40,741 nt of DNA, from IMG/VR virus record IMGVR_UViG_2711768062_000003, positions 1 to 40,741 of that record; one strand, written 5' to 3'. Source of the DNA: a virus (Duplodnaviria > Heunggongvirae > Uroviricota > Caudoviricetes). Under the pieces are notes generated by a model, which worked only from the letters and a program-made list of their open reading frames with translations, had not been told where the DNA came from and did not search any database. Shown one piece after another: positions 17,238 through 26,740 of this stretch; positions within the stretch are counted from its first letter, which is position 1, and the number at the start of each line of letters is the position of its first letter. The translations under genes were made by a program, and so were the position numbers.

Positions 17238-17385
17238 AACACCACAGCCTGCCATTCCCGAGCCGCTGACCTACGGGGACAGTCTGGATCTGAATGTCAG
17301 TCTGCTATCGGCGCTGGGGCAATGCAATCGGGATAAGGCTGATATATGGAAGGTTGAGCTTTCACGCACATCTCATTTTAAATAA
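17122..17385 (+). CDS. Rz1-like outer-membrane lipoprotein spanin (o-spanin), begins inside Rz in the +1 frame and extends beyond it
   Basis: MMIALVGLCLLQLLTGCG: signal peptide with lipobox LTGC; Pro-rich mature part. Confidence 0.7.
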   Translation: MMIALVGLCLLQLLTGCGNTRTVYVQAPVVPLPANLTAETPQPAIPEPLTYGDSLDLNVSLLSALGQCNRDKADIWKVELSRTSHFK

Positions 17386-17566
17386 CAATATTTGCGAAAG
17401 TTACCCGTTTCGCTATCATAAAAAATGTTAACCCACGGAAAGTTCAAGGAGGTCTTTTTGACCCAGTTTTTGGACTTCCCCTTAAGCAACCGTTGATCGT
17501 GACGTCAGGGTTCCTGAGCCAGGGGTAACAGAAATCGAGAGGATAGTGCGAAGGGAGAATTCCGAG

Positions 17567-17749
17567 ATGGATGACCATCTTGAGATTTTTACCACCCGCG
17601 TCTGGGACGTTGGAGTCTCCCGCCTTTCAGGTCACGCTGTTGGGTCAATTCATGAAAAGCCAAGGGGCTCAGGTGACGCTGCTTGGTTTGGCCCCGAAAT
17701 GTCCGTCGCGTCATTAGGGATAACTGAACCTTGTAGTAATTCGCATTAG
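17567..17749 (+). CDS. Possible small ORF (60 aa) in a promoter-to-terminator unit; could instead be a non-coding RNA
   Basis: ATG with AAGGGAGAA SD; candidate promoter TTGCGA-16-TATCAT at 17391-17424; strong terminator about 20 nt after stop. Confidence 0.25.
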   Translation: MDDHLEIFTTRVWDVGVSRLSGHAVGSIHEKPRGSGDAAWFGPEMSVASLGITEPCSNSH

Positions 17750-17767
17750 CTTGGCCTTCCTTTCACC

Positions 17768-17793
17768 TACAAACCGCCTACGGGCGGTTTTTT
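17768..17793 (+). terminator. Rho-independent terminator
   Basis: AAACCGCC-tac-GGGCGG followed by TTTTTT. Confidence 0.7.
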
Positions 17794-17884
17794 AGTGTCA
17801 ACGCTATGGACAAACTCATCTTTATGGCTACATCCCCCGGAGGGGATGCGTAAAAGGCTTAAGAAAAATGATTTTGAAAAATGC

Positions 17885-18145
17885 TTATTGTGCTCTGCCT
17901 AGTAGAGCAGCGACTCTCTCGTTTAATTTTTCTAGGTATCCATCTTTAGCGGGAATGTCGAATTCGATGGGGTCGGCCTTAGAAACCCCTTCTAAATAAA
18001 CATCTCCGAGGTGAGTTTCTTTCCCCACAACTCCGTTTAAAGCCGTTGATAATACAGCAATAGCAACACGAGAAGCGTGGCTGTGTAACTGTAACTCTTC
18101 AACCAAATCCTCAAGATGGGCAATTCTTTTTTCTACATCTGACAT
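17885..18145 (-). CDS. Hypothetical protein (AT-rich moron, antisense to late genes)
   Basis: 86-aa ORF; AAGGAA SD 7 nt upstream of ATG; AT-rich; between lysis cassette and terminase. Confidence 0.6.
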   Translation of the reverse strand: MSDVEKRIAHLEDLVEELQLHSHASRVAIAVLSTALNGVVGKETHLGDVYLEGVSKADPIEFDIPAKDGYLEKLNERVAALLGRAQ

Positions 18146-18281
18146 AGTCGTTCCTTTGCATCAAAGTTCTTAGGGTTGAAACATGACACTTGTATAGAAG
18201 CAAAATAATTTTTGCCGCTAATACTTCGTCATTTTCAATGGTTACTATCGCCTCGTTTATTGGAATATTCCAGAGAGTTTT

Positions 18282-18989
18282 ATGGCAAAACCGGACTGGG
18301 GAAGCCTCCAAAGACGGTTCCTCGCCGAGCATGCCAAAACAGGTATATCGCCGAAAGAATGGTGCGAAGCGCAGGGACTGAATTATACATCTGCGCGCAG
18401 GTACATCAAAAAGCCTGCTGCGCAAAAAACTGCGCAAAAGGATGTGCGCAAAACTGCGCAAAGCCAGATGCCGCATGTAGTAGTGGTTGAAGCCTCTACG
18501 CCAGTTGAGGGCGATACTGCGCAGGAAAACGCAGGCATCCTTAAACCACAGCATGAGCAGTTTGCGCAGAACATCGCGCGGGGCATGCCGCAGAAAGAGG
18601 CGGCGATATGCGCGGGCTATTCGCCTTCACGCGCTGATTCCCAGGCATCGATACTTTTCAAACGCCCGGATGTGCGCAGGCGCATCAGAGAGCTGCGTCA
18701 GGATGCCGCTCTGCTCGTATCATTCGACGCGAAAGACCTGGCTGAACTCTCCTACAAATCGGCGAAAGCCGCGCTGGACGCTGAGAAGTTTGGGCAGGTA
18801 GCCCCGAACATCAAAAACGCCGCGCAGCTCACCGGCATCGACATGAGCAACAAAACGGAAGTGAATGTCGATCTGGCTGGCCTGAGTTACGGAAAGGTCT
18901 GCATCGTCACGCCGTCGAACTGCCCGCCTGAAGCGTGGGCAGCGCACATGGATAAGCTGCGCGAGGGAAAGCAGACAGCCCAACAATAA
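18282..18989 (+). CDS. Terminase small subunit
   Basis: 235 aa; motif [23 protein letters not shown] ... [18 protein letters not shown] characteristic of small terminase HTH domain; directly upstream of the large subunit. Confidence 0.7.
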   Translation: MAKPDWGSLQRRFLAEHAKTGISPKEWCEAQGLNYTSARRYIKKPAAQKTAQKDVRKTAQSQMPHVVVVEASTPVEGDTAQENAGILKPQHEQFAQNIARGMPQKEAAICAGYSPSRADSQASILFKRPDVRRRIRELRQDAALLVSFDAKDLAELSYKSAKAALDAEKFGQVAPNIKNAAQLTGIDMSNKTEVNVDLAGLSYGKVCIVTPSNCPPEAWAAHMDKLREGKQTAQQ

Positions 18990-19024
18990 TCGATGGTGTC
19001 CTGTACTCATTCAGTAGCGACTGG

Positions 19025-20230
19025 GTGCTCGGGACGCTGTACGACGCACCGATAGGCTCTGTCCGCTGGCGCTGGACGTATGGCGGTCGTGGTGGCGGCA
19101 AATCGGTAGAGATTGCCCGCGCGCTGGTATTGTTGGGCGCTATCGAGCCAATGATCATCCTGTGCGCTCGTGAGTTCCAGAACTCTATCAACGATTCGGT
19201 ACTGGCACTGCTGGACGCTGAAATCCACTCGCTTGGCCTGGCGCACTTCTACAAGGTCAAGAACAACGAGATAGAGGGCAGCAACGGCACGCGGTTTACC
19301 TTCAAAGGTCTGCGCAACAACATCCAGAGCATTAAGTCGATGCACGGCATCAAAATATGCTGGGTAGAGGAAGCGCAAACCGTATCGCAGGATAGCTGGG
19401 ACATCCTCGGTCCGACCGTTCGCGCCAATAAATCCGAAGTGTGGGTGTCGTTCAACCCGCGCGAAGCTACCGACCCGACCTACGCCATGATGGAGCGGCA
19501 CCGCGCCGATCCCCCTGATGGCGGAGCGATTATTACCTGCGTCAACTACTGCGATAACGCATTCTTCCCTGACGTGCTCAGGCACGAGATGGAATACTGC
19601 AAGCGTATCGACTTCGAGGCTTACGAGCATATCTGGCTGGGGCTGCCGAAGGCGCTCAGTGAGGCCGTTATCTTCTCCGGCAAGTACCGGGTTGAGGCAT
19701 TCTCTGACGACCTGTGGAAAGAAGCCGATCGCCTGTTTTATGGGGCTGACTTCGGTTTCGCCAACGACCCATCCACTCTGGTCCGTTGCTTCATTATCGG
19801 CACCCGATTGTACATCGAGTACGAAGCCTACGGCGTCGGCGTCGAGCTGGACGAAATGGCGCAGTTCTATGACTCCATCCCGGAATCCAGAAAATGGCCC
19901 ATTCACGGCGACTGCAGCCGGCCGGAGACCATCAGTTATCTTTCGCGTCAGGGCTTCATCATCGACGGCGCTACCAAATGGCCGGGGAGCGTTGAGGACG
20001 GCATTACCTACCTGAAAGGGTTCGAAGAAATCATCATCCATGAGCGCTGTAAGCACATGGTCGATGAGGCGCGCCTTTACTCCTACAAAACCGACCGCAT
20101 GACCGGCGAAGTGCTGCCGGTTGTCGTGGATAAGCATAACCACCTGTGGGATGCCGTGCGCTACTCGCTGGATGGATACATCACAAGCGTTGGCGATCTC
20201 GGTGTCTGGGCCGCCCTGGGCAAACAATAA
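19025..20230 (+). CDS. Terminase large subunit (ATPase/nuclease)
   Basis: 401-aa ORF (GTG start); Walker A-like GGRGGGKS and ATPase/nuclease architecture; follows small subunit. Confidence 0.85.
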   Translation: MLGTLYDAPIGSVRWRWTYGGRGGGKSVEIARALVLLGAIEPMIILCAREFQNSINDSVLALLDAEIHSLGLAHFYKVKNNEIEGSNGTRFTFKGLRNNIQSIKSMHGIKICWVEEAQTVSQDSWDILGPTVRANKSEVWVSFNPREATDPTYAMMERHRADPPDGGAIITCVNYCDNAFFPDVLRHEMEYCKRIDFEAYEHIWLGLPKALSEAVIFSGKYRVEAFSDDLWKEADRLFYGADFGFANDPSTLVRCFIIGTRLYIEYEAYGVGVELDEMAQFYDSIPESRKWPIHGDCSRPETISYLSRQGFIIDGATKWPGSVEDGITYLKGFEEIIIHERCKHMVDEARLYSYKTDRMTGEVLPVVVDKHNHLWDAVRYSLDGYITSVGDLGVWAALGKQ

Positions 20231-20242
20231 CAGTGAGGGGAT

Positions 20243-21721
20243 ATGTCCCGAAAGAAACGCCAGAGCGGCGCACAAAAGCCCGTCCGGACTGGTGACGGGT
20301 ACAACAACTTCGCGGCTAAGCTCGGCGGCTATACATCCAACATCCAGAGCGGTGGGAGCTATCAGCCTGGCTATATCTCGCGTAACCGCGTACAGCTGGA
20401 ATTTGCGTATCGTTCATCGTTTTTGGTGGGCGCCGGTGTAGACGCTATGGCCGATGATATGACCCGCAAGGGCATAAACATCAGTTCCAAGCTCGAGCCC
20501 GGACAGAAGGGTAAATTTGAGATGTTCTGGGATGACATTGCCATCTGGGACGGACTGAACGACACCCTGAAGTGGTCCCGGCTGTACGGCGGCGCGCTGC
20601 TGGTGGTGCTGCTGGAAGGGCAGGACATGTCCACTCCGCTGAAGCTCGACCGCATCAAAGAGGGTCAGTTCAAGGGGGTGATGTGCCTCGACCGCTGGCA
20701 GGTAACCCCGAGCTATTACGACCTGGTGACCGATTACGGCCCGGAGTTCGGCAAGCCGAAGTACTACAAGGTGGTGACCAACCAGCAGGGGATCCCCCCG
20801 TGGAAGATTCACCACAGCCGCATTATCCGCATGGAAGGTGACACACTGCCATTCCAGCAGGCGCAGACCGAGAACGGCTGGGGAATGTCGGTAGTCGAGC
20901 GTATCTACGAGCGCATTCAGGCGTTCGATACCGCAACCGTCGGCACTACACAGCTGATTCACAAGGCGCACCTGCGTACCTACAGCATTGACGGATTGCG
21001 TAAGATTCTGGCCACTGGCGGCACGCTGGAAGATGGTCTGATGAAGCACATGGACATGATCCGTGAGTTCCAGACCATAGAAGGCATGACCATCATGGAT
21101 AAGTCGGACGAGTTCCAGACCCACAGTTACTCGTTCGCCGGGATCGCTGATGTCATCCTGCGCTTTGCTGAGCAGGTATCCGGCGCAACTGGGATCCCGC
21201 TGGTGCGCCTGTTCGGGCAGTCACCATCCGGATTCAGCACCGGCGACGGGGATCTGGAGAACTACTACAGCCGCGTTAACTCGCTGCAGGAGCGCCGCCT
21301 GCGCCGACACATCCGCTGGCTGCTGGATATCTCCTGGCGCTCCCTGTTCGGACAGCCCCTGCCGGAAGACTTCACCTTCGAGTTCAACAAGCTCTGGGAG
21401 ATGTCGGACACTGACCGGGCGACAATGGCCAGCAACGTGGCCACCGCCCTGGCGACTGCCGTGCGCGACATCGGTATGCCGCAGCATGCCGCGCTGAACG
21501 ACCTGCGCAACCTGTCCGACATCATCGGTATCGGCGGCTCTATCACCGACAAGGATATTGAAGATGCCAAAGCAGAATGGGAGGAGGCTGAATCTGAAAC
21601 CGAACCTCCGCCGCAAATCGGAGCGCCAGTATCAGAAAAGTCTACAGGAGATAGCGCGTCAGTGCGGCGCGATAGTAACTGGCTCCTACGATGGTTCGGA
21701 AGCGAGCGCCGAGCAGGTTAG
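20243..21721 (+). CDS. Portal protein
   Basis: 492-aa ORF after terminase; acidic C-terminal region; the last 160 nt overlap the next gene in another frame, so the true end is uncertain. Confidence 0.75.
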   Translation: MSRKKRQSGAQKPVRTGDGYNNFAAKLGGYTSNIQSGGSYQPGYISRNRVQLEFAYRSSFLVGAGVDAMADDMTRKGINISSKLEPGQKGKFEMFWDDIAIWDGLNDTLKWSRLYGGALLVVLLEGQDMSTPLKLDRIKEGQFKGVMCLDRWQVTPSYYDLVTDYGPEFGKPKYYKVVTNQQGIPPWKIHHSRIIRMEGDTLPFQQAQTENGWGMSVVERIYERIQAFDTATVGTTQLIHKAHLRTYSIDGLRKILATGGTLEDGLMKHMDMIREFQTIEGMTIMDKSDEFQTHSYSFAGIADVILRFAEQVSGATGIPLVRLFGQSPSGFSTGDGDLENYYSRVNSLQERRLRRHIRWLLDISWRSLFGQPLPEDFTFEFNKLWEMSDTDRATMASNVATALATAVRDIGMPQHAALNDLRNLSDIIGIGGSITDKDIEDAKAEWEEAESETEPPPQIGAPVSEKSTGDSASVRRDSNWLLRWFGSERRAG

Positions 21722-22316
21722 CGCCCGGCTGATAGATTACTCGCTGCTGATTGACGACTGGGCCGACCGGGTAGCCAAACGCATGTTCCTGCAGGTTGAG
21801 CAGGAGGAGTGGAACCAGTGGCGCTCTGTGTCGCAGGAAATCTCTGAGGGGCTGCGGGATGTTGTCGGCAATACGCCGGTGGGGTTCGTGGCTCAGGACA
21901 TCGTATCCCGCCAGGTGCAGCTGATTAAATCTCTTCCGCTGGAAGCTGCCGACCGCGTTCGTGACATCCAGGAGCGCGCAATGGAAGCCGTCATAAACGG
22001 TGAGCGCCCCGACGCGCTCTATCGGATGATTATGGAGTCCGGCGACGTGGCAGAGAGCCGCGCGAAGATGATCGCCCGCACCGAAATCGGCCGGGCCACG
22101 ACAGCGCTCACCCAGGCGCGCGCTGAGTCGATTGGCTCTGAGGGCTACTGGTGGCGCATCGAAGGGGCCGGAACGCGCGATTCACATCGCTGGATGAAAG
22201 ATAAGTTTGTGCGCTGGGATAACCCGCCGACGCTGGACGGTATGACCGGGCACGCCGGGTGCCTGCCGAACTGCAAATGCTGGCCGGAAGTGCAGGTGCC
22301 AAATCCCAGGAAATAA
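21558..22316 (+). CDS. Head morphogenesis protein (Mu F / SPP1 gp7 family-like)
   Basis: 252-aa ORF following portal; start assignment (21558 or 21564) gives a long overlap with the portal frame. Confidence 0.7.
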   Translation: MKMPKQNGRRLNLKPNLRRKSERQYQKSLQEIARQCGAIVTGSYDGSEASAEQVSARLIDYSLLIDDWADRVAKRMFLQVEQEEWNQWRSVSQEISEGLRDVVGNTPVGFVAQDIVSRQVQLIKSLPLEAADRVRDIQERAMEAVINGERPDALYRMIMESGDVAESRAKMIARTEIGRATTALTQARAESIGSEGYWWRIEGAGTRDSHRWMKDKFVRWDNPPTLDGMTGHAGCLPNCKCWPEVQVPNPRK

Positions 22317-22338
22317 AAAAGCCATCACAAGGATGGCT
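22313..22338 (-). terminator. Rho-independent terminator for the minus-strand moron
   Basis: On minus strand AGCCATC-cttgt-GATGGCT followed by TTTTTTATTT. Confidence 0.6.
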
Positions 22339-22353
22339 GGGAGGGAGGCTTTC

Positions 22354-22551
22354 TCAATCTACATAAACCCTGAATTGAGCTGAATTACCCTCTACGGCAT
22401 CAATGCGAGCGTTCACCCCGAGCGCTGCAAGTTGGTCTTTGATTTTGGTGTAACGCTCGCCCTCAACATAGTCATTGTTGAGGCCAGTGGTGCGTGACCA
22501 CTCATCTGCCATGCGATCCATCTTCGCTAACAATTCTGCTTTAGTGCTCAT
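22354..22551 (-). CDS. Hypothetical protein (moron antisense within head gene cluster)
   Basis: 65 aa from ATG with AAGGAG SD; own terminator; perfect TTGACA hexamer upstream on minus strand. Confidence 0.55.
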   Translation of the reverse strand: MSTKAELLAKMDRMADEWSRTTGLNNDYVEGERYTKIKDQLAALGVNARIDAVEGNSAQFRVYVD

Positions 22552-22669
22552 TTCAAAACTCCTTTTGGTGGTGGGAATCAATGTTCATGTTTTCACTATC
22601 GAATTTAGAGTGTCAAGGCCGAAAATTAGTGGTGAAGAGCTCGTGCTAAAGCATTAGATAAACCCCAGT

Positions 22670-22692
22670 GGCCGCTACTGCGCGGCCTTTTT
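22670..22692 (+). terminator. Rho-independent terminator-like hairpin on the late strand
   Basis: GGCCGC-tactgc-GCGGCC followed by TTTTT, just upstream of scaffold gene. Confidence 0.5.
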
Positions 22693-22718
22693 ACTGCCCG
22701 CAATTCAGCAGGTAACCC

Positions 22719-23972
22719 ATGAAATACTTCTTCATTACCCGCCTTGGCGAAACGCGCTACCAGCTGGCGGACGGCTCCCTGCTGTGCAAAGACGTCCCGA
22801 TCGCCCGCACCGGCACGCAAACCTATCTTCCCGAAGAAATCGGCCTTGAGCCTGGCGCAGATGGGCTGGTGGTCATCTATCGCACCGAGGACGAGGTTTT
22901 CTCTCCAGAGACTATGGCGAGCTTCGAGGGCATGGCGGTAACGCTGGATCACCCGGAAGACGGCGAAGGCAACATCGTTTTCGTTAACCCGGCGAACTTC
23001 GCGGAGCTGGCCCATGGCCATATCCAGAACGTCCGCCGCGGCACCGGCGATAAAACCGACCTGTTGATCGCTGATGTGCTGGTGAAGCGGCAGGAAGGCA
23101 TCGATGCGGTCAACGCTGGTAAAAACCAGGTCAGCTGTGGCTACGACGCCCAGTACGTGCAAATCGGCCCGGGCAAGGGCAAGCAAACAGAAATCACAGG
23201 AAACCATCTGGCCATCGTTGATAAGGGCCGGGCGGGCTCCCGCTGTGCAATCGGGGATTCGGCCCCATCAAAACCAAAGGAGAAGCCTGCAATGTCATGG
23301 CTGAAAAAACTGGCTCAGGCCATTAAGACGAAAGATGAGGACGCGCTGACGAAGCTCATCGATGAAGCGCCGGACATGCCATCTGACGGCATGGGTTCCA
23401 TCCCCGGCGTAACCATCAACATGAACGTGCCTTCACAGGCTACCGCGCTGCCAGCAGACCAGAAGACCACGGTCGATGAAGATACCGATCCGGAAAAGAA
23501 AACCGGTGATGAAGAGGCGCCCGCCTGGGCGCAGGCTCTGATTGCTCGACTCGATAAGCTGGAAGGCAAAACTGGCGATGCTGATCTGGACGACGAAACC
23601 AAAACCGGTGACGAAGACGCGAAAGAGGATGCGAAGGTAACCGGCGATGCGGCCTATAAGCGCAACATCATCGGCGACGCAGAGATCATCTGCCCGGGCT
23701 TCCAGCCTGCCGGCGACAAAGGCCTGAAGCGTCAGGTACTCAACCAGGCGCTGCGCACAGGCGACAGCCTGAAGGCGTTTGGCATTTCCGACTTCGCCAA
23801 AGCGCCGAAGGCCACTGTCGATGCGGTGTTTAAGGCTGCAGTCGAGATCAGTAAGGCAAAGAACCGCATCACCCCGCCTTCAGGCAAACCAACTGGCGAC
23901 CGCGCCCGCGGCCCAATGTCCCCGGCTGAGTTGAACAAAATCAACGCCGAATTCTGGAAACGTAACAAATAA
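22719..23972 (+). CDS. Putative prohead scaffolding / maturation protein
   Basis: 417-aa ORF between head morphogenesis and capsid genes; acidic repetitive centre (KTGDEE ... KTGDAD ... KTGDED). Confidence 0.55.
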   Translation: MKYFFITRLGETRYQLADGSLLCKDVPIARTGTQTYLPEEIGLEPGADGLVVIYRTEDEVFSPETMASFEGMAVTLDHPEDGEGNIVFVNPANFAELAHGHIQNVRRGTGDKTDLLIADVLVKRQEGIDAVNAGKNQVSCGYDAQYVQIGPGKGKQTEITGNHLAIVDKGRAGSRCAIGDSAPSKPKEKPAMSWLKKLAQAIKTKDEDALTKLIDEAPDMPSDGMGSIPGVTINMNVPSQATALPADQKTTVDEDTDPEKKTGDEEAPAWAQALIARLDKLEGKTGDADLDDETKTGDEDAKEDAKVTGDAAYKRNIIGDAEIICPGFQPAGDKGLKRQVLNQALRTGDSLKAFGISDFAKAPKATVDAVFKAAVEISKAKNRITPPSGKPTGDRARGPMSPAELNKINAEFWKRNK

Positions 23973-23983
23973 GGTAACCAACA

Positions 23984-24502
23984 ATGGCTGGTAAAGCTTA
24001 TCTAACTCGCATGGGGCTGGGCTTCCCTGGTGCCGTAACTCGCCCGCAGGACCTCACCGCAGAGCCGGTGATTCTCGATGCTGCTAAGCCATTCCCTTCG
24101 TATGGTCTGGCTGGCAAAAACCTCAACGGTAAATTTGTGCCGCTGGAAGCTGGTGATGATATCGACGATGTTGACGGTATCTTCATTCGCCCATACCCGG
24201 CCACCAACCCGACCGACGCTCGCGCGCTGGGCATCACGAGCGGTTATACCGGCGATGCCCTCAAGCGCGGTTATATCGCCGTAGCGGTGCCAGCAGCACA
24301 GGCCGGTACCGCCAAGAAGGGCGACAAGGTTTATATCCGCGTTGCTGAGCCTACTGCCTCCAGTCCTCTTGGTTCAGTGGTGCTCAAGCCAGACGCTACC
24401 GCAGAAAACACCCCGGAGCTGACCATCGCCAAAGTGATGGGGCCGGGGGACAGCAGCGCCACCACCACCCACGGCAACGTTGAAATCGCCTACAACATCT
24501 AA
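23984..24502 (+). CDS. Head structural protein (possible decoration or accessory capsid protein)
   Basis: 172-aa ORF immediately upstream of major capsid gene. Confidence 0.55.
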   Translation: MAGKAYLTRMGLGFPGAVTRPQDLTAEPVILDAAKPFPSYGLAGKNLNGKFVPLEAGDDIDDVDGIFIRPYPATNPTDARALGITSGYTGDALKRGYIAVAVPAAQAGTAKKGDKVYIRVAEPTASSPLGSVVLKPDATAENTPELTIAKVMGPGDSSATTTHGNVEIAYNI

Positions 24503-24513
24503 AGGAACGATGA

Positions 24514-25458
24514 ATGATTACCATTGATAAGGCCACCGTAGACGCTGCTGGCGTATTCCTGGTCGGCGAACTTGAACGCCTCGACCAGACGCTCAACCTG
24601 CCGCTGGTTAGCTATAAGTGGTCGCGCGATATGCCTCTGCGTAGCGATGTTTCTATCGCCGACGAGCAGTCATCTTTCACCAACACCGATCTGGCAGCCG
24701 CTGGTGGTGTAAACCCGAACGGTAAAAACTGGATAGGCAAAAACTCCACCGCGCTTCCGCAGACCAATCTCTATATCGAGAAGACCGCACAGCCGCTTAG
24801 CCTGTGGGGTATGGAGCTGGGCTGGACCTTGCCGGAACTGGCTTCAGCGCAGCAGGTTGGACGCCCAATCGACAGCCAAAAGTATGATGCCATGCAGCTG
24901 AAATGGAACATGGACATCGATGAGCAGGTTTATATCGGCGACAGCGACATGGGTATCACCGGCCTGTTGAACCTTTCCCAGGTAACGCCGATCAGCGCAG
25001 CCAAAGCGTGGGCCACCGCCAGCCCTGACGAAATCGTACAGGACTTTAACCTCATCCTCTCCCAGGCATGGGTGACTTCAGGTTACGCAATTTGCCCGAA
25101 AAAAGTCGGCCTGGCGCCGGAGTTATTCGGCCTGCTGGCAAGCAAGAAGGTTTCTGATGCGGGCAATATCTCCGTGCTGGAGTACGTGAAAGTTAACTGT
25201 ATCGCGTTCCAGGAAAACGGCGAACCGCTGGAAATCGTGTCCATGAAATGGGCATCCAAACGCGGCGCGGCTGGTGCACACCGCGTTGTAGCGTACACCC
25301 AGGATGAGAAATTCATTCGCTTCCCGCTGGTGCCGCTGCTGAATACCCCGCTGGAATACCGCGGCCTGTATCAGCTGACAACCTACTACGGCCGCCTGGG
25401 CCAGGTGGAAACCCCGTACGGCAACACCATTGCCTACATGGACGTGCCTGCAGCTTAA
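24514..25458 (+). CDS. Major capsid protein
   Basis: 314-aa ORF at the expected position; size close to Mu T-type capsid; followed by a GC hairpin. Confidence 0.65.
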   Translation: MITIDKATVDAAGVFLVGELERLDQTLNLPLVSYKWSRDMPLRSDVSIADEQSSFTNTDLAAAGGVNPNGKNWIGKNSTALPQTNLYIEKTAQPLSLWGMELGWTLPELASAQQVGRPIDSQKYDAMQLKWNMDIDEQVYIGDSDMGITGLLNLSQVTPISAAKAWATASPDEIVQDFNLILSQAWVTSGYAICPKKVGLAPELFGLLASKKVSDAGNISVLEYVKVNCIAFQENGEPLEIVSMKWASKRGAAGAHRVVAYTQDEKFIRFPLVPLLNTPLEYRGLYQLTTYYGRLGQVETPYGNTIAYMDVPAA

Positions 25459-25495
25459 CCCCTATGGCGGGGCAACCCGCCGTTCTGGAGAGAAC

Positions 25496-25861
25496 ATGAA
25501 ATATCTCGTTAATACCGGGACCGTGCTGCGCTTTGCCGATGGTTCGCAGGTAGAACTTACCCCTGGCGTGCACAGCTTCGATAAGCGCGTTACCGAGCAC
25601 TGGGCTTTTGGTGCGCATGCGCAGGCCATCAGTGAAGAAGATCTGAAGCAGAGCCAGGGAGGCGAAGACCTCTCGCTTAAGATCTCGGCGCTGGAATCCA
25701 CCATCGCCGGCCTGCAGCAGCAGGTGACGGATAAGGATGTCACTATCGCAGAGCAGTCAGACACCATCGCCGGCCTGCAGCAGCAGCTGGATGATCTGAC
25801 TGAGAAGCTTGCATCACAGGAGGCTGGCAATGCCAAAAAACAGCCTTCTGCCAACAAGTGA
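25496..25861 (+). CDS. Hypothetical head-completion region protein with coiled-coil repeat
   Basis: 121 aa; GGAGAG SD; direct repeat TIAGLQQQ twice (DNA repeat accatcgccggcctgcagcagcag). Confidence 0.55.
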   Translation: MKYLVNTGTVLRFADGSQVELTPGVHSFDKRVTEHWAFGAHAQAISEEDLKQSQGGEDLSLKISALESTIAGLQQQVTDKDVTIAEQSDTIAGLQQQLDDLTEKLASQEAGNAKKQPSANK

Positions 25862-26237
25862 TCAATTCCGCACCGACTTTCCTGAGTTTGCCAACACCAC
25901 CCGCTATCCAGACGCCGCGGTAAATTTTTACCTCTGCCAGGCTGACGCCATCCTCAATCAGGATGTGCACGGCGACCAGTTCGTTTACCTGGCGGAGCTG
26001 TTCACTGCGCATTACGTTGAGCTGCGTGGTCGCGCGCTGGCGGGCGCCTCTGGCGGCTTTGTCAGTAGCGGTGGCAGCGGCGTAGCGTCGTCGAAGTCTG
26101 TCGATAAGGTCAGCGTCAGCTATGACAACTCGGGCACCATCAACCCTGACGCCGGATTCTGGAATAAAACCGGATACGGCCAGGAGTTCTTCTGGTGGTG
26201 GTTGATGTTCGGTGCTGGCGGGCGGCAACTGTTATGA
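25830..26237 (+). CDS. Hypothetical head-tail joining region protein
   Basis: 135 aa from ATG with AGGAGG SD; overlaps upstream gene by 32 nt. Confidence 0.55.
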   Translation: MPKNSLLPTSDQFRTDFPEFANTTRYPDAAVNFYLCQADAILNQDVHGDQFVYLAELFTAHYVELRGRALAGASGGFVSSGGSGVASSKSVDKVSVSYDNSGTINPDAGFWNKTGYGQEFFWWWLMFGAGGRQLL

Positions 26238-26740
26238 GCGGCGTGAAGGTCAGGGCAGACAATGCCGCATCCGTGCTGGCCGGGCTGGACAGAGTGTCCC
26301 GCATGGATGTGCTGGTGGGCATCCCTGAATCCAACGCTGTGCGTGAGGATGGGGAAGATCTCAACAACGCTGAGATCGCCTATCTGCAATCCACCGGGGC
26401 GACGGTCCGGCTCGGTGGGCAGGAGGTGACCTTGCCGCCGCGCCCGTTCCTGGACATCGGTATTGAGGATTCGGCAAAGGTAACTGCTGAGCACCTCAAG
26501 GCGGCCGCAGGTCATGCGCTCGATGGCAATTTCTCTGGTGCTGAGCGCGAGCTTACCAGCGCAGGTCAGCTGGCATCGGATGCCGCGAAGCGCGTTATTA
26601 CGGATGGTGATCGGCTGGCACCAATATCCGATTTCACTATCCAGAAACGCAGAGAGCGCGGGTACGCAGGCATTAAGCCGCTGTATGACCATGGCTATCT
26701 GCTTCGCTCGATCACCTTCGTTGTGAGAGGTAAAAAATAA
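26234..26740 (+). CDS. Hypothetical head-tail joining region protein
   Basis: 168 aa; ATGA overlap with upstream stop. Confidence 0.55.
   Translation: MSGVKVRADNAASVLAGLDRVSRMDVLVGIPESNAVREDGEDLNNAEIAYLQSTGATVRLGGQEVTLPPRPFLDIGIEDSAKVTAEHLKAAAGHALDGNFSGAERELTSAGQLASDAAKRVITDGDRLAPISDFTIQKRRERGYAGIKPLYDHGYLLRSITFVVRGKK

Noticed and set aside
18111-18554. 147-aa minus-strand ORF overlapping the small terminase start and the moron gene
   Set aside because: Overlaps two better-supported genes; no SD; likely chance open frame.
19007-20275. 422-aa minus-strand ORF antisense to the terminase large subunit gene
   Set aside because: Fully contained within and antisense to a confidently identified gene; long antisense open frames are common in GC-rich coding DNA; no SD or recognisable motifs.
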